Source: Gemmatimonadales bacterium (GTDB lineage: Bacteria > Gemmatimonadota > Gemmatimonadetes > Gemmatimonadales > Gemmatimonadaceae). Taken from it: a stretch of DNA of 64,000 nt. The notes below the pieces were generated by a model that was given only the letters and a program-made list of their open reading frames with translations, was not told where the DNA came from and did not search any database. Position numbers and translations under genes: made by a program. Below, in pieces: positions 9,005 to 18,198 of the stretch; the first letter of the stretch is position 1, and every line of letters starts with the position of its first letter. Location: NCBI GenBank assembly GCA_038213465.1, contig JBBQTA010000007.1, forward strand, positions 75,488-139,487, given 5' to 3'.

Positions 9005-10626
9005 CGCTCTGGCTCATGCGGCAGTACGTGCAGAAGCCGACGGCGTGGGGCGGATCGCTGCTGGGCGCGATGCTCGTCCTGCAATGGCCGGTGCTGGGCA
9101 TGTCGATCGCGACCATGCTCATGCTCCTGCAACTGCGCGCGGTGCCGGGTCGCGCCACGGTGTTCGACGCGGCGCTCCCGATCTCGGCACGCGACCTCGT
9201 GACGGCGCGCCTGTTCGCACGACTGCTGCTCCTCGCGATACCAACGCTCGCGTGCGTGGTTGCGTGGCGCGGTGCGGTGGCGGTGGTCTGGCCGATGTCG
9301 CGCCTACTGGAACTCGCGTCGATTGTCACGCTGGCGCAGCTGCTGCCGATCTGTGTGCGACCGGGTGTACTGAACCTGCCGGCGCGCGAAGCATTCGTAC
9401 TGCCGTTCGCGCTGCTGGCCGTGGTGAGTGGGCTCATCCTGTGGCTGCTACCGTCGGTTGCGGGGGCGGCGATACTCGGCAGCGCCGTGGTGGTTCTCGT
9501 CGCATGGACGGTGGCGACCACACCCGCATCGTTCGAGCGCGTGGCGTCGGGCTCCGGAGAAGGCGGTGAGTTGGTTGCATTGAAGCAGAGCGTCGGGCAG
9601 TCGGCCGACAGCTGGCGCCGTGCGTGGCGGCCTATCCTGCAGTCGGTGACACCGTGGCCGGTGGTCATGAGTCTGTGCGGCATGATCGTCTTCGGCTGGC
9701 TCGGCGACTGGCTGCTCTATACCGTGCTTTTGTCGGTCGGCGCACATCTTCAGCTGCGCCAGCGTACCGCGTGGCTCGCCGCACTGCCGCTCTCACATCG
9801 CGCACGTCTGATGGCGGTCGTGATTCCGTTCTGCGTGAGCACACTGGGCGGAGTCGCCATCGGCCGGTCGCTGCCAAGCTTCGGCGGGATGGATCGCGAC
9901 ATGTCCTTCGAGGCGCCACGCTCGCTGTACGAACGCGGAAAGTACTTCTCCAGCCCAACGCGTGTGCCGCTCACGTACTGGAGGCGGTTGCGCACGCGGC
10001 CACTCCCGACCGGCGCGATGCACATCAGTCGGCAGGTCGAAGTCGTCTCGCCCTGGGGCGAGACCGCGGTGGCCGACACGTTCACCATTCTCGGTGCGAT
10101 GTACTTCAATCCGTACACCACCGGACCTCAAAGTTCGACGCGCTTTGTCGACTGGCAATTTGGTAAGGCCACCAGTGCGGTGTACGGCCGCCCCATCTCG
10201 ATGCGCAACTACAACGACGAGTCGATCGCACGTCCGCCGAGCGTCGTCGATGCCTGGTCGGTGCAACTGCTCGGCGGTGGGCTTACCCTGACGTTGCTGT
10301 TCTATATGCTCTTCGTCTACGAACTCCCACTCTCAGCACGCGCCAGTTGCGTCAGGATGCCATCGGCCGCCGCGGCGCCGCTGCTGCTACTCTTCCTCCC
10401 GGTGTACACGATCGGGGGCATCTGCATCTACTTCGGTTACCATCGCGGCGGGTCGATTGCCATGCCCATGATCGAACGCGCACTCCTTGCGACAACACGC
10501 GCGCTGCCGGACAACGTGCTCGTGGTCGCGCTCATCGCGGCCATCCCGCCGGTGCTGATCTACCTGCTGCTCGAGTGGCAGTTCAGCCGAAGCGAGGTCC
10601 CGCGCGTAGCCACGGTACGTCGCTGA
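9001..10626 (+). CDS. Putative ABC exporter permease (multi-TM membrane protein)
   Basis: GTG 9001 overlaps the ATPase stop (GTGA). More than ten hydrophobic segments and one extracytoplasmic domain. Confidence 0.75.
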   Translation: MTLWLMRQYVQKPTAWGGSLLGAMLVLQWPVLGMSIATMLMLLQLRAVPGRATVFDAALPISARDLVTARLFARLLLLAIPTLACVVAWRGAVAVVWPMSRLLELASIVTLAQLLPICVRPGVLNLPAREAFVLPFALLAVVSGLILWLLPSVAGAAILGSAVVVLVAWTVATTPASFERVASGSGEGGELVALKQSVGQSADSWRRAWRPILQSVTPWPVVMSLCGMIVFGWLGDWLLYTVLLSVGAHLQLRQRTAWLAALPLSHRARLMAVVIPFCVSTLGGVAIGRSLPSFGGMDRDMSFEAPRSLYERGKYFSSPTRVPLTYWRRLRTRPLPTGAMHISRQVEVVSPWGETAVADTFTILGAMYFNPYTTGPQSSTRFVDWQFGKATSAVYGRPISMRNYNDESIARPPSVVDAWSVQLLGGGLTLTLLFYMLFVYELPLSARASCVRMPSAAAAPLLLLFLPVYTIGGICIYFGYHRGGSIAMPMIERALLATTRALPDNVLVVALIAAIPPVLIYLLLEWQFSRSEVPRVATVRR

Positions 10627-10644
10627 GCGCCGACTCGCTCCCGC

Positions 10645-11205
10645 TCATCGTGGCGAAACTGCCAACGCCGCCTCGATATCCGCACCAATATCCGCCGGCG
10701 CCTTGGTCGACGCGTAACGACGAATCGCCTTGCCGTCGCGGCCCACCAGGAACTTGGTGAAGTTCCACTTCACCCCTTCGCTGCCCAGCAGGCCGGGCGC
10801 CTGCACCTTGAGCCATTGAAAGAGCGGGTGCGCGTCGGCGCCGTTCACCTGCACCTTGCTCATCATCGGAAACGTCACGCCGTAATTCTTTTGGCAGAAG
10901 GTCGCGATCTCCGTGTCGCTGCCGGGATCCTGCGCGCCGAACTCGTTGCTGGGAAAGCCGACAATCAGCAGCCCGCGCTCGCGGTAGCGTTCCCACAGCT
11001 GTTCGAGTCCGGCGAACTGCGGCGTGAAGCCACACGCACTGGCCGTGTTCACCACCAGCACGACCCGGTCGCGAAACTCGTCGAATCGTACGTGGTTGCC
11101 GTCAATGGCGATGGCGTCGAAGTCGTAAAGCTTCGCCGTCTTGAGATTGAACGTTCGGACGGTGTCGACGGGCGGGAGGCCTGGAGGCAGGTCGGAAGTG
11201 GACAT
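10645..11205 (-). CDS. Glutathione peroxidase (Gpx/BtuE family, Cys-type)
   Basis: VNTASACGFTPQF, GFPSNEFGAQDPG, FCQKNYGVTFPM, VKWNFTKFLV. Start moved to ATG 11205. Confidence 0.93.
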   Translation of the reverse strand: MSTSDLPPGLPPVDTVRTFNLKTAKLYDFDAIAIDGNHVRFDEFRDRVVLVVNTASACGFTPQFAGLEQLWERYRERGLLIVGFPSNEFGAQDPGSDTEIATFCQKNYGVTFPMMSKVQVNGADAHPLFQWLKVQAPGLLGSEGVKWNFTKFLVGRDGKAIRRYASTKAPADIGADIEAALAVSPR

Positions 11206-11345
11206 ACGGCGAAACGTGGCGAATGCAACCGGCCGGCGCCACCACCCCGCGTTGACAGTTCGCATCGCGTCGTCAAACCCGTACGTTATCCCGATCGTCA
11301 CCCGTCCCCGAGCACCCACACCACGCCCTGCCGCTTTCACTGACT

Positions 11346-13391
11346 ATGGCACAATTTCTTCCCAGGCCCCCTGTCGCACCGCGTGTCGCATCGATGCTGC
11401 GCGCGGGCATGCTCGCCCTTGCGTTTCTCGCGCCCACGGTCATTATCGCGCAAACGCCCCGCGCACTCCGCTCCTCGGACATCTATCGGTTTCGTGACGT
11501 TGGTGCAGCACGCATCTCCCCCGACGGCGCGTGGATTGCCTACACGGTCACCACCGTCGACTCGGCCAAGGACAAGAGCGACAGCGACGTATGGATGGTG
11601 AGCTGGGATGGCACCCGCACGCTGCGCATGACCAGTTCCCCGGAGGGGGAAAGCAATCCGCGCTGGAGTCCGGACAATCGCTTTCTCTCATTCGTCTCCG
11701 GACGATACGAGTCCAAGGGCGGGCAAATCTGGTTGCTCGACCGGGCGGGCGGTGAAGCGGTGCGCCTCACGGATCTCAAGGGCGGCGTGGCCGAGTACGA
11801 ATGGTCGCCCGACGGCGCGCGCATTGTTGTGGTGTCACACGATCCGGATCCGGAAGAGCTCAAGCCCGACTCGCTGAAGAATAAGAACCCCAAGCCGATC
11901 GTGGTGGACCGCTTCGCCTTCAAGCGCGATAACACCGGTTACCTCGATCGCACGCGCGACCACATCTGGCTGGTGGACGTGCCGACCCGGAAGTCGACGC
12001 AACTCACCAGCGGCGACTTCGATCACAACAGCGTGCGCTGGTCGCCCGATGGCAAACGCCTCGCGTTCGTGAGCGAGCGTGGCAACGCCGACGCGGACCG
12101 CGCCAACAACAGTGACGTGTACGTGATGGATGCGACGCCCAGCGCCACGCCGACCAAACTCACGACGTGGTCCGGCCCAGACGGCAATCCGGTCTGGAGC
12201 CCCGACGGCACGTTTATCGCCTATCTGCAGGCGAGCGAGCCGCAGCTGTCGGCGTACACGCAGAGCACGATCGCGGTTGTCCCGAGCACCGGCGGCGCGC
12301 CACGACTCGTCGCGCCTGCACTCGATCGGGATGTGAGCGGGTTGACATTCAGCAACGATGGCAACGCGTTGCACTTTCTCCTGGGCGATGATCGCGCGGT
12401 GCATCTGGCGCGCATACCGGTGGGTGGCGGCACCGTGACCCGATTGCTGGATGGACGTCGCACGGTCACCACGTATGACGCGTCGCCGAGCGGCCGCATC
12501 GCGCTGAACACGGGCACTGCGTCTCGCTCGGCAGAGATCCACGCGTTCGAGAATGGTACGCTGCGGGCACTGACGCACGTCAACGACAGCGTTTTCGCCT
12601 TGCTGCAGGTGTCCACCACCGAGGACATCGAGTTCAAGAACAAGGATGGCCTCACCGTCGGCGCGCTCCTCGTCAAGCCCGCCGGTTTCGATGCATCCAG
12701 GAAGTATCCGCTGTTGCTGCGCATTCATGGCGGGCCGAATGGACAGGATCAGCATCTGTACAGTTTTGAGCGCGAGCTCCTTGCCGCAAACGGCTACCTC
12801 GTGCTCGCCGTGAACTACCGCGGCTCGAGCGGTCGTGGTCAGGCGTGGAAGAAGGCGATCTTCGCCGACTGGGGCAATAAGGAAGTGCAGGATCTGCTGG
12901 CCGGCGTGGACCATGTCATCGGCATGGGGATTGCCGACCCTGAGCGACTGGGGATCGGCGGGTGGAGCTACGGCGGCATTCTCACGAACTACACGATCGC
13001 CACCACCAGGCGCTTCAAGGCGGCCACCAGCGGCGCAGGTAGCTCGTTGCAAACGAGTATGTACGGCAGCGACCAGTACATCTACCAGTACGAGAACGAG
13101 CTCGGCTCACCCTGGAAGAATCCGAAGGCGTGGGAGAAGGTGTCATATCCGTTCTGGCACGCGGACCGCATCAGCACGCCAACGATGTTCCTTGGCGGCG
13201 AAAAAGACTTCAATGTGCCGATCGCCGGTGGTGAGCAGATGTATCAGGCGCTCATGTCACTCGGCGTGCCGAGCCAATTGATCGTGTATCCGGGGCAGTT
13301 TCACGGCATCACGCGACCGAGCTTCGTGAAGGACCGTTACGACCGATACGTCGGCTGGTACGCGAAGTATCTCATGGGCGTGGCGCAGTAA
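11346..13391 (+). CDS. S9 family (prolyl oligopeptidase/acylaminoacyl) serine peptidase
   Basis: Signal peptide; PD40-type W(S)PDG propeller repeats; IHGGP; nucleophile GGWSYGG; acid GEKDFNV; His GQFHG. Confidence 0.93.
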   Translation: MAQFLPRPPVAPRVASMLRAGMLALAFLAPTVIIAQTPRALRSSDIYRFRDVGAARISPDGAWIAYTVTTVDSAKDKSDSDVWMVSWDGTRTLRMTSSPEGESNPRWSPDNRFLSFVSGRYESKGGQIWLLDRAGGEAVRLTDLKGGVAEYEWSPDGARIVVVSHDPDPEELKPDSLKNKNPKPIVVDRFAFKRDNTGYLDRTRDHIWLVDVPTRKSTQLTSGDFDHNSVRWSPDGKRLAFVSERGNADADRANNSDVYVMDATPSATPTKLTTWSGPDGNPVWSPDGTFIAYLQASEPQLSAYTQSTIAVVPSTGGAPRLVAPALDRDVSGLTFSNDGNALHFLLGDDRAVHLARIPVGGGTVTRLLDGRRTVTTYDASPSGRIALNTGTASRSAEIHAFENGTLRALTHVNDSVFALLQVSTTEDIEFKNKDGLTVGALLVKPAGFDASRKYPLLLRIHGGPNGQDQHLYSFERELLAANGYLVLAVNYRGSSGRGQAWKKAIFADWGNKEVQDLLAGVDHVIGMGIADPERLGIGGWSYGGILTNYTIATTRRFKAATSGAGSSLQTSMYGSDQYIYQYENELGSPWKNPKAWEKVSYPFWHADRISTPTMFLGGEKDFNVPIAGGEQMYQALMSLGVPSQLIVYPGQFHGITRPSFVKDRYDRYVGWYAKYLMGVAQ

Positions 13392-13794
13392 CGCAGATGG
13401 CCGCGCCGCCGCCCGCTGCGTGCGGCGGCGTGACTATCGAAACCGCAATCCGACCGTGATCGAGCAGTCCGAGATGTACAACGGTGGGGTAGGCGGGACG
13501 GCAGCTTTTGTCCACGCTTGGTGGCACACGTACGTAGCACGGATCGGTCGTGGCGATGCTTCCACGGGTGCCCGCCGTCACCGCCCACATGCGATGCTGG
13601 TTCACCGAGCGACGCACCCCAACCAACAGTTCGGCGGCCGCCCCGCTTTCGTTGTAATAGTCGAGACGGCCGCCATTGCCTGTACCCGGTCCCAACGCGA
13701 TGTCGACGGAGATTGCACGTGGCGCCTGCGCCCGCGTCCACGCCGGCAACATCACCGATGCCACCAGCGCGGCCCACAGACGCCTGACGCGCAC
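13372..13794 (-). pseudogene. Small secreted protein gene, probably truncated at its 3' end
   Basis: GTG 1 nt after the PQQ-enzyme stop. Signal peptide RVRRLWAALVASVMLPAWTRA-Q, then a beta-strand-like region with a Cys pair. The tail reads through the hairpin and overlaps the convergent S9 gene. Confidence 0.4.
13404..13430. terminator. GC-rich hairpin downstream of the S9 peptidase (terminator-like, no U-tract)
   Basis: Perfect 9-bp stem CGCCGCCGC / GCGGCGGCG with a 9-nt loop, between convergent genes. Confidence 0.4.
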
Positions 13795-13795
13795 G

Positions 13796-16006
13796 TTACT
13801 TCTTCTTGCCAGGCAGTGTGAGTGCGACGAGGCTGGTGTTTTCCTCGGCGCCCGTCGCAAACACGATGTACTGCTTGCCGTTGTGCAGGAAGGTCATCGG
13901 CATGGCCGTCGTCTTGCTCGGGATCTTCACCGCGCCAGCCTGCTTGCCTGTGTTCTTGTCCACCGCGAACAGCTGCGGCGGCTGCCCTGGGACGCCACCA
14001 CCGCGACCGGTACCGTAGATGACGAGCGTTTTCGTGTTCATCACCTGCGCCTGTCCACCCGCGCCCACCTCGGGGAGTGTCACGCCGTTAAAGATCGGAT
14101 CGCGGCTGGTGGTCTTGACCATGCCACCATTCGACGTCCACCACGACTTGTCGCCGCTGTTCATGTCGTACGCCGTGATGCCGCCCATTGGCTTGGCCTT
14201 GACGATCGAAACGCCGCCGATGCGTGAGCCGGCGGCGCGTCCGGAGAACCCGTCACCGCGTCCACCTTCGCTCTTGGCGTAACCCGATGGCGCCGGCAGG
14301 GCGCCGATCAAGCCGCAACTGTCATGCGGAGAGCTGTAGCTGAATTCGGAGCACGGATCCTTGGCCAGCGTCGCCGTGCTGAGCGGGCTGATGGAGGCGA
14401 CGAACAGCTTGCCCGTGACCGGATCGACGGCCGCGCCACCGTCGATGTTCACGCCACCGCTCGCACCGGGTGCATACCACGAGCACTTCTTGCCGAACTT
14501 GCCGCTGCCATCGGCGAGCGACGGCGGAATGAAATACGGGCCCATGCGGCACGTCTGTGCAACCTTCAGCGCCGAGTCGCGAATGGCCGGCGTGTAGTCG
14601 ATGAGATCCGCCTCGACGAGGCCCTGCTGCGCATACGGCGCGGGCTTGCTGGGAATCGGCTGTGTCGGCGAGGCTTCTTCACCCGGCACATCGCTGGCCA
14701 TGACCGGCGTCTCGGGCATCGGCCAAATCGGTTCCCCGGTCGCACGATCGAACGTGTACACCCACCCCTGCTTGGTCGTCTGCGCCACGACTTTGCGTGC
14801 ACGGCCGTCGACGGTGACGTTCAGCAGGTTCGGCGCCATGGGCGTGTCGTAGTCCCAGATGTCATGATGCACCATCTGAAAATGCCACGTGCGAAGCCCC
14901 GTCTTCGCATCGATGGCGACAAGGCTGTTGCCGAACAGGTTGTTCCCGGGACGATGGCCACCGTACTCGTCCATGAGCGGCATGCCGACGGGGATGTAGA
15001 CCAGTCCCAGTTCGGGGTCCGCGCTGTACGGCGCCCACGCATCGTTCTTGCCCACGCCATCGGTGCCGATCTTCGAGCTTTTCGTCCACGAGTCGGCGCC
15101 ATACTCGCCGGGCTGCGGAATGAGGTTGAACTTCCACAGCTGCTTACCGGTGCGGATGTCGAAGCCGCGTATGATGCCCGGCACGTTGTGCGTGCGAATG
15201 GGATAGTAGCCGTGAATCGACGAATTGCCGACCACCAGTACGTTGCCGATGACGATCGGCGGCGAGCTCGCCGCGACCTGACCCACGGCCGGATCGATGC
15301 CGATCGTGCCGTCGGCGCCAGTCTTCGTGACCGGGTTCCATGTCTCTCCGGGCTTGGCCCGTCGCATCGGCGCCGCGTCGCTGATGATCAGCGGACCGGA
15401 ATCGTCCACGGCCAGCGGCACCATCGGGTATCCCATCCCTTCCATCAGGTCGACCACACCGTTCTTGCCGAATGCCGGATCGGGACGTCCCGTCTTCGCG
15501 TCGAGCGAGGCGAGATGATAGCCCGGCGTGACGACGAACACGCGCTCAGTCGCGCCTTCATTCCAGTACGCGAGTCCGCGTCCGGCAAACTGCCGCGGCG
15601 CCTTCTGCCAGCGAATGCCTTCGTCAAGACGCCACATCCACATCGTCTCGCCGTTCGTGGGATCGATCGCCGTGGCGATGCGCCGCGTGGTCGCAACGGT
15701 GAACAGTCGCCCGTTCGCGTAGAGCGGCGTCGCACGAAAGTATTCGTCCTTGCCGAATGCGCCGGCGTTCCACTGCCAGGCCACCTGCAGTGAGTCGAAA
15801 TTCTGCGCGTTGATCTGCTCGAGCGGCGAATAACGCGTGCTCCACGCGTCGGCGCCCCAGTAGCGCCACTCACCGTATGCATTGCCGCGCTCGAGCGGCT
15901 TGGTCTGTGCCGTCGTACGCACGGCCTGCGTCAACAATACGCCACCGATGGCGGCGCACGCCAGCACGGCAATCCCCGCGGTTCGCCGCGTTCTCTGCTG
16001 CATCAT
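13796..16006 (-). CDS. PQQ-dependent dehydrogenase (glucose/quinate dehydrogenase-like beta-propeller)
   Basis: Signal peptide; RYSPLEQINAQNFDSLQVAWQW; ATPLYANGRLF; FGNSLVAIDAKTG..TWHFQMVHHDIWDYD; QTTKQGWVYTFDRATGEPIW; PMTFLHNGKQYIV. Confidence 0.9.
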   Translation of the reverse strand: MMQQRTRRTAGIAVLACAAIGGVLLTQAVRTTAQTKPLERGNAYGEWRYWGADAWSTRYSPLEQINAQNFDSLQVAWQWNAGAFGKDEYFRATPLYANGRLFTVATTRRIATAIDPTNGETMWMWRLDEGIRWQKAPRQFAGRGLAYWNEGATERVFVVTPGYHLASLDAKTGRPDPAFGKNGVVDLMEGMGYPMVPLAVDDSGPLIISDAAPMRRAKPGETWNPVTKTGADGTIGIDPAVGQVAASSPPIVIGNVLVVGNSSIHGYYPIRTHNVPGIIRGFDIRTGKQLWKFNLIPQPGEYGADSWTKSSKIGTDGVGKNDAWAPYSADPELGLVYIPVGMPLMDEYGGHRPGNNLFGNSLVAIDAKTGLRTWHFQMVHHDIWDYDTPMAPNLLNVTVDGRARKVVAQTTKQGWVYTFDRATGEPIWPMPETPVMASDVPGEEASPTQPIPSKPAPYAQQGLVEADLIDYTPAIRDSALKVAQTCRMGPYFIPPSLADGSGKFGKKCSWYAPGASGGVNIDGGAAVDPVTGKLFVASISPLSTATLAKDPCSEFSYSSPHDSCGLIGALPAPSGYAKSEGGRGDGFSGRAAGSRIGGVSIVKAKPMGGITAYDMNSGDKSWWTSNGGMVKTTSRDPIFNGVTLPEVGAGGQAQVMNTKTLVIYGTGRGGGVPGQPPQLFAVDKNTGKQAGAVKIPSKTTAMPMTFLHNGKQYIVFATGAEENTSLVALTLPGKKK

Positions 16007-18015
16007 CGTTGCTCCATTGCGTTGCGTGTTGGACCCGCGTGAATGCGCTGCACCTGCAAATACTGCTTTCGGTCCTGCAGCCGCTGGCTCCCCGACGTCC
16101 GCTCGACGGGCGCGCCCCGGCGCTGGTCGTTGCCGTCGGCGGCCGAGGTATCAAACCGGATGGCGTTGAGCACGGCGGGATCAGCGGACAGTTCCGACTT
16201 CCCCGCCGGCATGCCATTGAGCTTGAGCACGTACGCAACCACCAACACGTACTCGTCTTCGCTGAGGCTGCCCGGTGTCGCCTTGGGCATGCGCTCGCTC
16301 ACGTACGCGTACAGTTCCGCCAGCGGACGCCCCGCCCACTTGCTCGTGAACAGCGTGCCGGTGTGCGACGCACTGGTATGGCAGCCCGTGCAGGCACCGA
16401 GAAAGACTTCCTTGCCACCGGCCGCCTGCTCGGCCGTGAAAACACCGCTCACCGTGCTGCGCATCCGCTGCGCCTTTGGCTGTGCGCTCGCCTCGCGTGG
16501 CGCGCCAACGAGCGCGAGTGCCGCCGCGAACAACGCGGCCGCAGCATTGCGACGGGTCGGCGTGAGCCAGCGCCCCACGCGCCCTGACACGGCCCACGTG
16601 AGCCCACCCAGCGCCAGCGCGATGGCCAATGCGCGCATCACGTCGGCTATAAAAAGCGCGTCGACCATTGGCCAGGTGATGCGGTAGGTGCGCAGTTCGG
16701 CAAACCGTTCGCTCATCCAGTGCCACGCCGAATGACCAACAATCGCCGACAGCAGTACCGTGCCGATGCGCTCAGGCATCACGCGCGTGAATAGTGCGTG
16801 CAGCACCGGCAGTGCCACCGCCAGGACCGCCAACTGTCCCAGCTCGACTCCCACATTGAATGCCGCCAGCGACACCGCCAGATGCGTGCCGGCAAACTGC
16901 AGCGTGTCGCGCAGCGCAAAGGAAAAGCCGAATCCGTGCACGAGACCGAACGCAAACGCCAGCGGCCAGCGTCGTTCGATTCTGGCCCCCACGATGTTCT
17001 CGCACGCCATGTACACGATCGAGAGCGCGATGAGTACCTCGACCAGCGGCGGAAACCACAGGGCGTCCGGCGCATAGCCCGCCGCCGACGCGACCAACGT
17101 GATCGAGTGGGCCACCGTGAACGCCGTGACGAGCGCGATCACCGGCCGCGCCTTGCGGAACGGAATCACGAGGCACAACAGAAACAACAAATGATCGATG
17201 CCGTCAAGGATATGCGCGAAGCCCAGCGCCACGAATCGTGTCGCGGACTGCCACCACGAGGGGTCGAGACGCACCAGCCCCGGATCGCCGTCATACGTGA
17301 GTACGCGCTCGTCGCCGCCGCCGCGTGGCACAAAGTGCAGCACGGTCGTCGTCCGCACACCCAAATGGGCCAGCGCCGGCGTCATGGCGAACGTTGCGTC
17401 GTCGCGCGTGATCGTGTACTCGAGCATTACGTCGAGCAGGGCCTGCGTCCACGGCAACTCCGTGCTTGCCGGCAACGGCGCCGCGGAAAACTCGGCCAGC
17501 GCCGTTTCGTACGACGCGAACGCGCGATTGGACGGCAGCGCCGCACGCACGCCGGCGATCGTTGGCGCGTCGAGCTTGATATTGTCGGCGTAGAGCGTGA
17601 TCGCATCGGCGACCCAGAGTTGCGCAGCGTCGCGCAGCGTGGAGTCGGCACGCGCCAGATCCAGCCACTGGATCCCGTTCACGCCAGCGGCTGTCGCCGC
17701 ACCCGCCGACGCCTCGCTTGGCGCACGCGCCATCGCAGACGTGACCGCTCGAAACGGAAACTCCACGTCTCGCATCGCTTCCAGCGGCACCCGCACCAGC
17801 ACACGCAACCGCTGCCCCTCCGGCTTCACGAAGGCGCGCACGACCACATTCGATGGCACTTCATGCGCAAGTGGCGTGACGGCCCGCCACAGCAGCAATC
17901 CCAGCGCGAGCACGGTCACGCGCACGAGGGAACGCGTTGCAGGAGTGGGTGGACGGCGTGTGGCGATCGGCATTGATGTCGGCAACGAACGGACGCGAAC
18001 GGCGAGACGTGACAC
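16003..18015 (-). CDS. HupE/UreJ family membrane protein fused to a C-terminal c-type cytochrome
   Basis: Periplasmic N-domain (AHEVP); GFAHILDGIDHLLFLLCL; TAFTVAHSITL; FGLVHGFGF; FNVGVELGQ; then GVFTAEQAAGG...CTGCH...MP (CxxCH plus distal Met). Start uncertain (18015 or ATG 17973). Stop overlaps the PQQ gene start. Confidence 0.85.
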   Translation of the reverse strand: MSRLAVRVRSLPTSMPIATRRPPTPATRSLVRVTVLALGLLLWRAVTPLAHEVPSNVVVRAFVKPEGQRLRVLVRVPLEAMRDVEFPFRAVTSAMARAPSEASAGAATAAGVNGIQWLDLARADSTLRDAAQLWVADAITLYADNIKLDAPTIAGVRAALPSNRAFASYETALAEFSAAPLPASTELPWTQALLDVMLEYTITRDDATFAMTPALAHLGVRTTTVLHFVPRGGGDERVLTYDGDPGLVRLDPSWWQSATRFVALGFAHILDGIDHLLFLLCLVIPFRKARPVIALVTAFTVAHSITLVASAAGYAPDALWFPPLVEVLIALSIVYMACENIVGARIERRWPLAFAFGLVHGFGFSFALRDTLQFAGTHLAVSLAAFNVGVELGQLAVLAVALPVLHALFTRVMPERIGTVLLSAIVGHSAWHWMSERFAELRTYRITWPMVDALFIADVMRALAIALALGGLTWAVSGRVGRWLTPTRRNAAAALFAAALALVGAPREASAQPKAQRMRSTVSGVFTAEQAAGGKEVFLGACTGCHTSASHTGTLFTSKWAGRPLAELYAYVSERMPKATPGSLSEDEYVLVVAYVLKLNGMPAGKSELSADPAVLNAIRFDTSAADGNDQRRGAPVERTSGSQRLQDRKQYLQVQRIHAGPTRNAMEQR

Positions 18016-18198
18016 CGAGACGGGTCACGGCAGGAGAGTGCGGTCTCTGGACAGCGGTGGGAGGCGGGGTTAGTTCAGGGGTGCGCCAGCGGGCGACCAT
18101 GAACGCCGCCGCCGAACACACCCTTGCTCGAACTTATCATTGGCTCGCGGAAAGCACACGGGGCGAGCCACCATCTGGAGCACCATTTGGAGCATCGA

